A stretch of DNA of 63,486 bases. Origin: a virus (lineage: Duplodnaviria > Caudoviricetes). Location of the stretch: positions 1-63,486 of IMG/VR virus record IMGVR_UViG_3300036833_000428; one strand, 5' to 3'. A program made the position numbers and the translations under genes. The notes under the pieces are model-generated. The model was not told where the DNA came from. It did not search any database and saw only the letters and a list, made by a program, of their open reading frames with translations. Shown here one piece after another: positions 49,676 to 57,685 of the stretch (positions are counted from its first letter, which is position 1; each line of letters begins with the position of its first letter).

Positions 49676-51414
49676 CAGCCCCGGCCCCCGCTATCAGCGG
49701 ATACCATCAGCGCCTGGAAGACCTGCTGGCCCTCGTCGAAAATCAACCTTGCAACGAAATCCGCGTCTTCGGGCCACCCGGCTCGGGCAAAACCACTCAC
49801 GCCACCAAACGCATCGTAGAAGCCGTCGATCTGTTCGGCCCCGAGCGCGTGCTGGTCGCGAGCTTCTCACGCGCGGCCTTCAAAGAAATCGTCGGCCGCG
49901 ATATCCCGGTCGTGAGCGAACAAGTGGGAACCACGCACTCCATCTGCTACCACCTGCTCAACCGGCCCCGCATTGCCGAGTGCCACACCGAAGAGTGGAA
50001 CAAACTATACCCCGAGTACGCCATCGCGCAAAAGAAAGACAAGCGGATCGCCCAGTCGTTCGACGCCGGCGAGAACGCCGAGGATATGAAGCTCGTCGAC
50101 TTCGAGCTCGAGCCCTGGAGGAAAAAGAGCGGCCAGGAGTGGCTTAACGACTGGAACCTGGCGCGCATGCGCCGGCGCTCGCTCGACGATCCGATCGTGG
50201 CGTCCCCCAATCTGCTGCGCTGGGGGAAGCTCTGGACCGAATACAAAAAACAGCACGGCTTGGTCGATTTCGCCGACATGATCGAAATCTGCCTGCGCGA
50301 CCACAAAATCGGACCAGGAGATCCGCAAGTCATCTTCATCGACGAAGCGCAGGACATGGCCCCGCTGCTCGTGGCGCTCGTCCGCCAGTGGGGCAAACAC
50401 GCATTGCTCACGATGCTTTTCGGCGACGACGACCAGACGATCTACGGCTGGCTGGGCGCGAACCCGGATGTGCTCGTGGGCGACAATCTGCCCGACAGCC
50501 AGAAGATCGTCCTGCCCCAGGGCTACCGCATGGCGCGCGCCGTTCACGACTACAGCCAGCGCTTCATCGCCCAAATCCGCAACCGGCAGCACAAAATCTT
50601 CGCCCCGCGCGCTGAAGGCGGCAGCGTGGAGTATCTGCCGGAAATCTGGAAAGAACCGTGGTTCATCACCGAAACCGCGGAAAAAGAAACGGCCGCCGGC
50701 TCGACCGTCCAGATCCTGGCTTCCTGCGGCTACATGCTCAAACCAACCATCGACGAGCTGCGCGCCCGCGGCCTCCCCTTCCACAACCCCTACCGGCCCG
50801 AAAACGGATCGTGGAACCCTGTCCGCTCCGGCGGCGGCTCGGCCGTCGAACGCCTCTCGGCCTGGCTCAAGCCGCTCGAACGGCCGTGGACGGTGGAAGA
50901 ATTGTGGCTCGCCGTAGAACCGCTCGATACCAAAAAAGTCTTGCGCCGCGGCGCCAAAGCCGCCATCGAACGCAACGCCCAAGAACGCCCCCAAGAGACC
51001 GTCACGCACAGCCACCTGACGGAATTATTCGAACCGGGCATCCTCGCCGAAATCCATCGCGCTGGCGAAGATGAGACCGGCAGAGGGCTCATCGAGTGGT
51101 GGGAAGAGCACCTGCTCACCTCCAAACGCGAGAAGCTTGCCTATCCGCTCGAAATCGTGCGCAAGCGCGGTCTCGCGGCCCTGCGCGAGCGGCCGAAGAT
51201 CATTGTCGGCAGCATTCATTCGATTAAAGGCACCACAACGGATACTGTGATCGTTTTCCCCGATTTAAGCCCGCAGTTCTACGAATTGCTGTTTCAACGC
51301 GGCGGCCAGGACGCTCTCGTGCGCCTTTTCTACGTCGCCATCAGCCGCGCCCGCGAGCGCGTCTACCTCTGCCGGCCGGCGAGCCAAGCCGCCATCGACT
51401 GGATCCGGCTGTAA
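49672..51414 (+). CDS. UvrD/Rep-like SF1 helicase
   Basis: GPPGSGKTT, IDEAQD, GDDDQTIY, SIHSIKG, RLFYVAISRARE. Confidence 0.92.
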   Translation: MTAPAPAISGYHQRLEDLLALVENQPCNEIRVFGPPGSGKTTHATKRIVEAVDLFGPERVLVASFSRAAFKEIVGRDIPVVSEQVGTTHSICYHLLNRPRIAECHTEEWNKLYPEYAIAQKKDKRIAQSFDAGENAEDMKLVDFELEPWRKKSGQEWLNDWNLARMRRRSLDDPIVASPNLLRWGKLWTEYKKQHGLVDFADMIEICLRDHKIGPGDPQVIFIDEAQDMAPLLVALVRQWGKHALLTMLFGDDDQTIYGWLGANPDVLVGDNLPDSQKIVLPQGYRMARAVHDYSQRFIAQIRNRQHKIFAPRAEGGSVEYLPEIWKEPWFITETAEKETAAGSTVQILASCGYMLKPTIDELRARGLPFHNPYRPENGSWNPVRSGGGSAVERLSAWLKPLERPWTVEELWLAVEPLDTKKVLRRGAKAAIERNAQERPQETVTHSHLTELFEPGILAEIHRAGEDETGRGLIEWWEEHLLTSKREKLAYPLEIVRKRGLAALRERPKIIVGSIHSIKGTTTDTVIVFPDLSPQFYELLFQRGGQDALVRLFYVAISRARERVYLCRPASQAAIDWIRL

Positions 51415-51465
51415 AGCGGCCCTATGAATACACAACCATGAAGTGTATATCAAGTTGACAAAATT

Positions 51466-51759
51466 ATGGAAAAAACACCCCACATGCATCTCTTCCGCGG
51501 CGCCCCGGCCGTGCGCGGCTGGTCGAAGCATCAGGAGACCGTCGACGGGTGGACGTTGTGCGGCGTCAAGCGGGGAATAGGCCAGGAAGGTCATGAATCT
51601 GGCCGACACTGCACCGAAGACGCTTCCCTGGTATCTTGCCCCTACTGTGTCGAGTTGATGCACCCTACGGCCTGTGCGCAGGCTAAAACGGGGTGTTCAT
51701 TCTGTGAGGCTAAAATGGCCCAGCGAAACCGTAAAGCGGCGACCCATGCCCGGCCCTGA
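51466..51759 (+). CDS. Small zinc-binding protein
   Basis: H...TLCG...CPYC...CSFC. Confidence 0.55.
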   Translation: MEKTPHMHLFRGAPAVRGWSKHQETVDGWTLCGVKRGIGQEGHESGRHCTEDASLVSCPYCVELMHPTACAQAKTGCSFCEAKMAQRNRKAATHARP

Positions 51760-52054
51760 GGGGAAGCTCCAGCGGCGCGTTCTCACCTACCTCAAGACTA
51801 TCCCCGGCCTCGAGGCGCGCAAACGCCACGGCACCGCCTTCGGGGTCGCCGGCGACCCGGATATCTACCTGCTTTATCAGGGGGTTCACGCCGAGATCGA
51901 ACTCAAAGCGCCGGGCCAAACCCCAACCCCGCTCCAACTCCGGCGCCTCGCGGAGTGGAAAGCAGCCGGAGCCTTAACCCTTGTCGCTTCAACGCTAGAC
52001 GAAGTCAAAGCCCTGATCGAGGAACTCCAAAGCCGGATTGTTACAAAACGATGA
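51746..52054 (+). CDS. VRR-NUC nuclease
   Basis: EGKLQ...GDPDI...IELKAPG..PTPLQ...W.AAG. Confidence 0.88.
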   Translation: MPGPEGKLQRRVLTYLKTIPGLEARKRHGTAFGVAGDPDIYLLYQGVHAEIELKAPGQTPTPLQLRRLAEWKAAGALTLVASTLDEVKALIEELQSRIVTKR

Positions 52055-52936
52055 CTGCAAAGGCGCAAGTTCACACCCCGGATGGGCTGCCAGCTGCTCG
52101 CAAAAAGCCGATTTCAGCACCACGCGAAAGTGGGGTAAGTTTCCGGACCTCTACAAGAGCATTTCCAGCGCTTTTCCCTTCTCGTTTTCTTGTGTAATTG
52201 GTTTGTGACTCTGTCTTCTCCCTTTCTTCGCTTTTTGGCCCTTTGTTACAGCTCCAGAGGAGAAGAAACGAGAAACGACATAATGTGCGCACACGTGGTA
52301 ATGGTATAGACCCGCACGCATGTAAAACAGGCCGGAAAGTCGACTCTCCGATTTTTACTCCGGCGCCGACCGATGGCTCCAGGACTAGGGGGAGGCCTCG
52401 CCTATTAGGTCCGATGGCCGACGTGGTGGGCGTAGAGGGGGAACTCGCCGGCCGGGTCCTCGGCTGGCTCTGGCTGGCACGGGGGGCCTGGTAGGCGGTA
52501 GGGTAGCGGCCGGCCGGCCGCGATGGAGCCTAGGGCTCCGTAGCGCGATTGCGTGGCATTCTAACGGGCGATAGGCTCTGCGCTAGCCCGTGCAGAGCTC
52601 AGAAGCGCGTGATAGACTGCAGAAACTAGACCCAACCGGTTGCACTGCAAAGGGTTACAGCGCTAGTTTACATAATGATGGTTTATCGGAAGTCGCTAAT
52701 GGAATCAATAACTTACGCTGCATGGGTGTTGGAAATCACGGAAAGGTACTATACACGCGTCCAAGTGTACGCCGTACACTAGGGGTTAGTGTACACTTGA
52801 CATCCTCAAAAATCTGATTACCAGCAGCTAGCACACTGCACCAGGTACCCGCGGAAATCGGCCGGCCGGCCGCGGCGAATTCGCCCCACGAACCCCTCAC
52901 TTGATTTATCGGAATTAAAATCTCTAGTGCACCCTT
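52055..52936. promoter_or_regulatory. Large non-coding region, candidate origin / packaging-start locus
   Basis: No credible ORF; IHF-like site at 52701, nested GTACAC palindromes at 52762-52799, GGCCGGCC runs; directly upstream of the TerS-like gene. Confidence 0.5.
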
Positions 52937-53425
52937 ATGGCAAAGATCGACCTTACTCCCAAGCAGAAACGGTTCGCGTACCTGGTAGCGAACGGGTCGA
53001 CCCGAACCGAAGCGTATGCGGAAGTCTACCTCAAGACGGGCAAACAGAAGACGGCAACGAACAACGGGCATGTAGCGACGCTAGACACGCGCACATCAAT
53101 CGAGATAGCGCGTCGTGAGAGTGAGTTAATGCCTCTTGGCACGATGCAACAAGAGGTAGAGTTCTGTCTCAAGAACCTAAAGGGACTAGCCTTGAACTCA
53201 CCTGATCAAAAGGTCCGTTTGTTAGCGACACTCAAGCTACATGAGATATGCGAGACGCGCATCGGCCGTGAACGTGAACTGACTCAATCCGGCAGTGAGA
53301 GGCGACAAGTGATAGCGGACTTAGAGGGTCTGTATCGGAAAGCTTTAGAGCAACCGATCGTAGAGGCCGTGATCGACTCCGAGCCGCAAGCGGAAGAGCC
53401 GGCCGGCACCGAGCCGGAAAAGTAA
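52937..53425 (+). CDS. terS: Terminase small subunit-like protein
   Basis: LTPKQKRFAYLVANG.T.TEAY..VY HTH N-terminus; D.KVRLLA..KL helical core. Confidence 0.7.
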   Translation: MAKIDLTPKQKRFAYLVANGSTRTEAYAEVYLKTGKQKTATNNGHVATLDTRTSIEIARRESELMPLGTMQQEVEFCLKNLKGLALNSPDQKVRLLATLKLHEICETRIGRERELTQSGSERRQVIADLEGLYRKALEQPIVEAVIDSEPQAEEPAGTEPEK

Positions 53426-53450
53426 ACCCAAAAAAGGCAGTTCATCCACA

Positions 53451-53496
53451 TTTCACCCCTCGAGTGTTGACAGAAATACTTACGTAGGGATATTGT
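53451..53496 (+). promoter_or_regulatory. Early promoter module 1
   Basis: TTTCACCCC box, TTGACA (53467), CTTACGTA in the spacer, TATTGT. Confidence 0.65.
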
Positions 53497-53502
53497 GAAT
53501 AC

Positions 53503-53667
53503 ATGAGCTTACACATACGGTTTTTTAACGAAGAGCAAGCCGAAAAAACGCTGCAACACGCGCGTGAGTATCTGACAACGCGACTCGAGACGGACGATGC
53601 ACTAACCCTCGAGTCGTATTTAGCAGCGGACGACATTCTGTATGCAGCAATTAAGGAGATTAACTAA
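53503..53667 (+). CDS. 54-aa hypothetical protein (not in the ORF track)
   Basis: MSLHIRFFNEEQAEK...; TAATG coupling to the next gene. Confidence 0.6.
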   Translation: MSLHIRFFNEEQAEKTLQHAREYLTTRLETDDALTLESYLAADDILYAAIKEIN

Positions 53668-53882
53668 TGACGTTATATCTTTCCGATGGGGGTCGTATTA
53701 CTTCCGAAGTAGTTCGAAGGGAGTATCGGCGTTTAGGCTTATCTCTGCCGTGGCATCTAGAGAAAGTTTTGACAGTGGGTAGGACTTATTCGAATGAAGA
53801 TTTCGATGCCATGGCAAGCGCGGTAGATGAACTTTCACGCGAGCACGGAATATCTCGGCAGAGTCTGGCAGAAAAGGGTTAG
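53667..53882 (+). CDS. Hypothetical protein
   Basis: AAGGAG RBS, coupled start. Confidence 0.6.
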   Translation: MTLYLSDGGRITSEVVRREYRRLGLSLPWHLEKVLTVGRTYSNEDFDAMASAVDELSREHGISRQSLAEKG

Positions 53883-53898
53883 TCGAAATGCAGAGTGA

Positions 53899-53999
53899 GC
53901 CGAGCCGATTAAACCGGCTCGGTTTAATGCACAGCTTAGGTCACAAGTCCTAAGCGTAGCAAGCGGTTCGGAACGCTGCTAGTAACAGCGTTTCGAACC
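53899..53999 (+). ncRNA. Candidate structured RNA / leader with consecutive hairpins
   Basis: CCGAGCCG/CGGCTCGG, GCTTAGG/CCTAAGC and a 14-bp GGTTCGGAACGCTG/CAGCGTTTCGAACC stem. Confidence 0.45.
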
Positions 54000-54023
54000 T
54001 AAATCCCAAAGTGGAGTAGCACT

Positions 54024-54794
54024 GTGAGATCTATTAAACATCGTACACGACTAGTAAAGCCGGCCGGTTATCGGCCGATTCTAACCACGGCAAATGCCAA
54101 GACGTCCAAGGGTGAAGCGCTTGGGTATTTGACCGCGATTCTGTATATGGCTCCGGCCGACCTGAGCGGTTATCAGGTGTGCGTGAACGCTGGCAACTGT
54201 AAAGGTCCGTGTTTGAACACATCGGGTCATGGCGGAATGGATCGCAACCAGGAAATCCGCATTGCCAAGACGCGTCTGTTTTTTGAGAACCAAGAGCTCT
54301 TTTTAGCCTGTTTGCGGTATGACATCGAACGGCTGATCAGGCGCGCGCGTCGTATGCGGTTTGGGCGTCGTCGTTACAAGCCGGTAGTGCGCGTGAATGG
54401 CACGTCGGACATTCCCAAGCTAGCCATGTGGATGGCTGCGGAATTTCCGGAAGTGGGTTTCTACGACTACACCAAACATCCGAAACCGTATCTCCGTGTG
54501 CGGCCGAATTATCATCTAACGTTCTCGCACGATGGCCCCGAGAACGTACCAGCTTGCATGGACGCGCTGGCGCACGACGTGAATGTCGCGGTCGTGTTTG
54601 GTGTGCGCAATAGTGAACCGCTGCCCGAAACCTGGAACGGCTATCAGGTGATTGATGGCACGTTGCATGATTTGCGGTTCTTGGATCCGAAGGGCGTTGT
54701 GGTTGGTCTGCGGCCGAAGGGACGCGCCAAAAAGGTAATCGGGACGAATCCTTTTGTAGTGTTGACTCAATCGGGCTGCGGGATGGCAGCGTAG
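54024..54794 (+). CDS. GP88-family protein (three-Cys, radical-SAM-like)
   Basis: NAKTSK, Cx5Cx3C, RVNGTSDI, FYDYTK, NYHLTFS, HDLRFLD...GLRPKG. Confidence 0.8.
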   Translation: MRSIKHRTRLVKPAGYRPILTTANAKTSKGEALGYLTAILYMAPADLSGYQVCVNAGNCKGPCLNTSGHGGMDRNQEIRIAKTRLFFENQELFLACLRYDIERLIRRARRMRFGRRRYKPVVRVNGTSDIPKLAMWMAAEFPEVGFYDYTKHPKPYLRVRPNYHLTFSHDGPENVPACMDALAHDVNVAVVFGVRNSEPLPETWNGYQVIDGTLHDLRFLDPKGVVVGLRPKGRAKKVIGTNPFVVLTQSGCGMAA

Positions 54795-54809
54795 TGCGTG
54801 AGCCGGCCG

Positions 54810-54839
54810 CGTCGGGGTGGAAGCGATTTCACCCCGACG
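54810..54839 (+). terminator. Stem-loop after the GP88 gene
   Basis: CGTCGGGGTGGAA-GCGA-TTTCACCCCGACG; no U-tract, and it overlaps promoter module 2. Confidence 0.45.
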
Positions 54840-54871
54840 TCTTGACACAATGTGCTTACGTATGCAATACT
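54827..54871 (+). promoter_or_regulatory. Early promoter module 2
   Basis: TTTCACCCC box, TTGACA (54842), CTTACGTA, AATACT. Confidence 0.6.
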
Positions 54872-54894
54872 GCGAATTCAGAAAGGGTAACAAG

Positions 54895-55157
54895 ATGACT
54901 CCAACAGTTCAAACGATCTATGCGCAATTGCTCGCATTAGGCATTAACGCGCGCCTGCTATTCGTCGCATGGGATGACAACACCTTGAAGGTTTCACGCG
55001 GTCTGAATGGCTGCCTGATTCGTTACGACCGCGCTATGGACCTTACGACATTGACGAATACCACGGTTTAACCGTGAGCCCACTTGAGAGCAATGTTTAT
55101 GCAGAGAACCTGCTAGACGTCATCATGCCTACATTTACCGCGCGGGAGGGTTTCTAG
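54895..55157 (+). pseudogene. Small gene split by an apparent 1-nt frameshift
   Basis: One extra T near 55043 gives ...RYDRAMDLYDIDEY...NVYAENLLDVI, ending just before the next gene. Confidence 0.55.
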
Positions 55158-55159
55158 CC

Positions 55160-55417
55160 GTGCCACGCAAACGCTCACCAACCAAACTGCAGGTCTTCAA
55201 CTCGATCGCGGCCGGCTCACGCGTGCGAATCCTCGTACCAAATGGCATTGGCCTAGATGGTCTCACGTACCGCGTGCGCACGGGACGCGCTGTCCTCGAA
55301 GGTCCGCATGGTTGGGTGCTCAATATGGGCGGACGTTACGGGACGCCTGCCGTGGCGACGCTCGAAAACATTGTGTCCGTACTGAAAGGGAGGAAAAGGA
55401 AACATGCAACGAGATAA
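55160..55417 (+). CDS. Hypothetical protein
   Basis: GGAGG RBS; TGRAV..GPHGWVLNMGGRYGTP. Confidence 0.65.
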   Translation: MPRKRSPTKLQVFNSIAAGSRVRILVPNGIGLDGLTYRVRTGRAVLEGPHGWVLNMGGRYGTPAVATLENIVSVLKGRKRKHATR

Positions 55418-55625
55418 CACGCCGGCGATGGTCCGGCAGATTGTAGGGCGTTGCCACGTAGGGCAATCGAACCGCGCGGTCATCCGCTACTTTGTATCGC
55501 GGTTGAAACGCGGCGCCTGGGGCAAGCTGTCGCGTGACGAGCGCAAGCAATGGTTACGTCACGTGATCGACGCGCATCGTGAAAACCGCGGTCTGTATCA
55601 CGCGGTCATGACGGGGAGGTTTTAA
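55404..55625 (+). CDS. Hypothetical protein
   Basis: AGGA RBS; overlaps the previous stop. Confidence 0.6.
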   Translation: MQRDNTPAMVRQIVGRCHVGQSNRAVIRYFVSRLKRGAWGKLSRDERKQWLRHVIDAHRENRGLYHAVMTGRF

Positions 55626-55628
55626 GAC

Positions 55629-55955
55629 GTGAACAACTGCGATTGTGGGGATTACTGCGAGTGGTGTCATCCGGAACTGTGCGGTCTGGATATGGTCGAA
55701 ATTGACGAGCGCAACGAGCGCAACCGGCCCGAGCCGGAGGGAGCGAACATGACGAACAAAGAAATTCTGAGTTTTGATGGAACGGTCGAGGAGCTTTCCG
55801 GTGTGCTGGAAACCCTGAAACTGACGATGCCCAAAGGCGCCGCCTTTGTGCATAACGCAACGGGCGAGATCGTAAACCGTGTGAGCGTTGAGGTCAAGCG
55901 ACTCTCAGACGGATCTTTCGTTTGGGATGTGGAGCTCTACGCCGCGGCGCGATAA
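55629..55955 (+). CDS. Hypothetical protein (may start at ATG 55749)
   Basis: GGAGG RBS before both candidate starts; LSDGS.V.DV C-terminal motif. Confidence 0.55.
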   Translation: MNNCDCGDYCEWCHPELCGLDMVEIDERNERNRPEPEGANMTNKEILSFDGTVEELSGVLETLKLTMPKGAAFVHNATGEIVNRVSVEVKRLSDGSFVWDVELYAAAR

Positions 55956-55968
55956 GGGCCAGTGCGGG

Positions 55969-56013
55969 TTTCACCCCTGCGCGCGTGACCGAAATGCATA
56001 CGAATGATATCTT
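55969..56013 (+). promoter_or_regulatory. Early promoter module 3
   Basis: TTTCACCCC box, GTGACC, GAAATGCATACGAA spacer, TATCTT at 17-nt spacing. Confidence 0.5.
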
Positions 56014-56030
56014 TAAGGGAGAGGCGAAAG

Positions 56031-56237
56031 ATGACGGACGAACAATTCGAGGAGCGCCACCGCGCGCTGGCGGAGTCGGTCGAGTTGCTGGCCGGCTCGA
56101 CGCGTGATCTGCGGGCGGTAGTGGAGGCGGATCTGGCGCGCACGCGGGAGCGGGCGGAGCGGGACCGCAAGTATCTGGACGTGATCGCGGATGTGTTGAA
56201 GCGCTGGGCTTCCGAAAATGGAGAACGAAGCGCATGA
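56031..56237 (+). CDS. Small coiled-coil protein
   Basis: EERHRALAESVELL pattern, similar to the next gene. Confidence 0.65.
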   Translation: MTDEQFEERHRALAESVELLAGSTRDLRAVVEADLARTRERAERDRKYLDVIADVLKRWASENGERSA

Positions 56238-56428
56238 CCATAGACGAGCGGCTGGAGAATATTTCGCAGCAATTGGAAATCCTGACAGGGATGCAGCACG
56301 CCAATGAGCGGCGGTTCGCCGAGATCACCGTGAATTTTGTGAAGGTGCACGAATCCATTCAGAGCTTAGAGAATATTGCGCGCATCCACGAAGCGCGCTT
56401 GGACGGTCTGGAAGAAAATGGCCACTAA
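56234..56428 (+). CDS. Small coiled-coil protein
   Basis: MTIDERLE...IARIHEARLDGLE. Confidence 0.7.
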   Translation: MTIDERLENISQQLEILTGMQHANERRFAEITVNFVKVHESIQSLENIARIHEARLDGLEENGH

Positions 56429-56675
56429 GAAACCCACACCCGAAAAGAACCCGGCCGCGCAGGCGCTGGTAGCTCTGCGCTGGGCGAAGACCACACCCGA
56501 GGAGCGGCGCGCGTTTGCGGCACGCATGGCCGAGGCCGGCTGGAAGGGCGCGAACCGGGCGCGCCGTTTGAAGACGGCTGGCCGGCCGCGCACGGCGGAT
56601 CGCTGTCCATGCGGGGCGATGACGCGCAAGCGGGCGCGAGCGCGCGGGCACCGTTGTGAGGAGGCCGCGGCATGA
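56418..56675 (+). CDS. Small basic, probably DNA-binding protein with a Cys/His tail
   Basis: KNPAAQAL..RWAKTTPEERR...GRPR...CPCG...HRC. Confidence 0.65.
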   Translation: MATKKPTPEKNPAAQALVALRWAKTTPEERRAFAARMAEAGWKGANRARRLKTAGRPRTADRCPCGAMTRKRARARGHRCEEAAA

Positions 56676-57052
56676 AACGAACGAGAACGAGCACGGCCTT
56701 TGACAACCCCGAGTTGACAAAGGAGATGGAACGGCTGAGTGAGCTCCGCTGGCAGCGTAGCTGGATGGGTAGTCAGTTTATGATCGAGGCGCGCGGCCGA
56801 AATGTTGAGTGTAGGGCAGCCGAGGGGCCGAGCGACCTGTCCGAGTGGCAGCCCGTCTCGCTGAAGCCACCGCCCACGCGTTTATATCACTACTCCTCGC
56901 GGGAGGAGGCCGAGCGGGCGCTCGGCATCTTTCTCGAGGCCGAGGACGGCCTCGCGCACTTGATTGTGCGGCTGGCCTCGGGCCAGCGGAGGGTCGGCAC
57001 CATCCTGGAATTTCGCATTGTGCAAGTCCGGGTGTTGGAAGATAAGCAATAA
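56672..57052 (+). CDS. Hypothetical protein
   Basis: GAGGAGG RBS, ATGA coupling. Confidence 0.6.
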   Translation: MKRTRTSTAFDNPELTKEMERLSELRWQRSWMGSQFMIEARGRNVECRAAEGPSDLSEWQPVSLKPPPTRLYHYSSREEAERALGIFLEAEDGLAHLIVRLASGQRRVGTILEFRIVQVRVLEDKQ

Positions 57053-57056
57053 TCCC

Positions 57057-57212
57057 ATGCGGACTTATATTGCCCACATCCTGCCCTGGAGCGTCGAGTG
57101 GTGCACCGTCAAGCTGGCGTGCGGCCACCGGCGCAAGCTGCGTCGCGAGGAGCTCGAGCGGGAGCAGCTGTTTGTCGGCAAGCCCGTGACGTGCGCGGAG
57201 TGCGGGAAGTGA
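57057..57212 (+). CDS. Small zinc-ribbon protein
   Basis: LACGH...CAEC. Confidence 0.55.
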   Translation: MRTYIAHILPWSVEWCTVKLACGHRRKLRREELEREQLFVGKPVTCAECGK

Positions 57213-57218
57213 ATACGG

Positions 57219-57611
57219 TTAGCTTGGGGGCACTTTATATGGGGACTCCGGGTCGTTGTGCCAGACGTAGTTTCTCCCCTGATTGATGGCGTTATTCCAA
57301 CCGACCGCCCCGTTGTTGACGTATCCGAACGTCGAATCCTGCATGTAATACGGCGCAAACATCGTGGAGTAGTGGTTGTAGTCGCCGGTTCCCTTGGGGC
57401 TGGGCAATAGGATCACGCCGTTGCAGATGAAGTTGGCGCACTGCATCCAGCCATTCCAGTAAGCCTGGTTCAGATAATATTCGTACTCCGTTGGCGGCGG
57501 AAACGCCTCCGGGGGGATGTCGATGGGCGTCTTGGGCGTCTTCGCGTACGCCTCGCCTTTGGTGCCTGTTTTGGGCGTCGTTGGTGCGGTTGGTGTGGTT
57601 GGTGCTGACAT
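57219..57611 (-). CDS. Hypothetical aromatic/Asn-rich protein (moron)
   Basis: AAAGGA RBS; opposite strand to the surrounding genes. Confidence 0.7.
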   Translation of the reverse strand: MSAPTTPTAPTTPKTGTKGEAYAKTPKTPIDIPPEAFPPPTEYEYYLNQAYWNGWMQCANFICNGVILLPSPKGTGDYNHYSTMFAPYYMQDSTFGYVNNGAVGWNNAINQGRNYVWHNDPESPYKVPPS

Positions 57612-57648
57612 CGCTCGTCCTTTCTACCCTCGATTTCTCTGGTTAGGT

Positions 57649-57675
57649 GAGGTGGCTCATCGGGTGAGCCACCTC
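57649..57675. terminator. Perfect 11-bp intergenic hairpin
   Basis: GAGGTGGCTCA-TCGGG-TGAGCCACCTC. Confidence 0.55.
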
Positions 57676-57685
57676 CCGTGTGAGC

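Noticed and set aside
53881-54010. Hammerhead ribozyme or known riboswitch
   Set aside because: No CUGAUGA core or recognisable aptamer consensus; kept only as an unassigned structured element.
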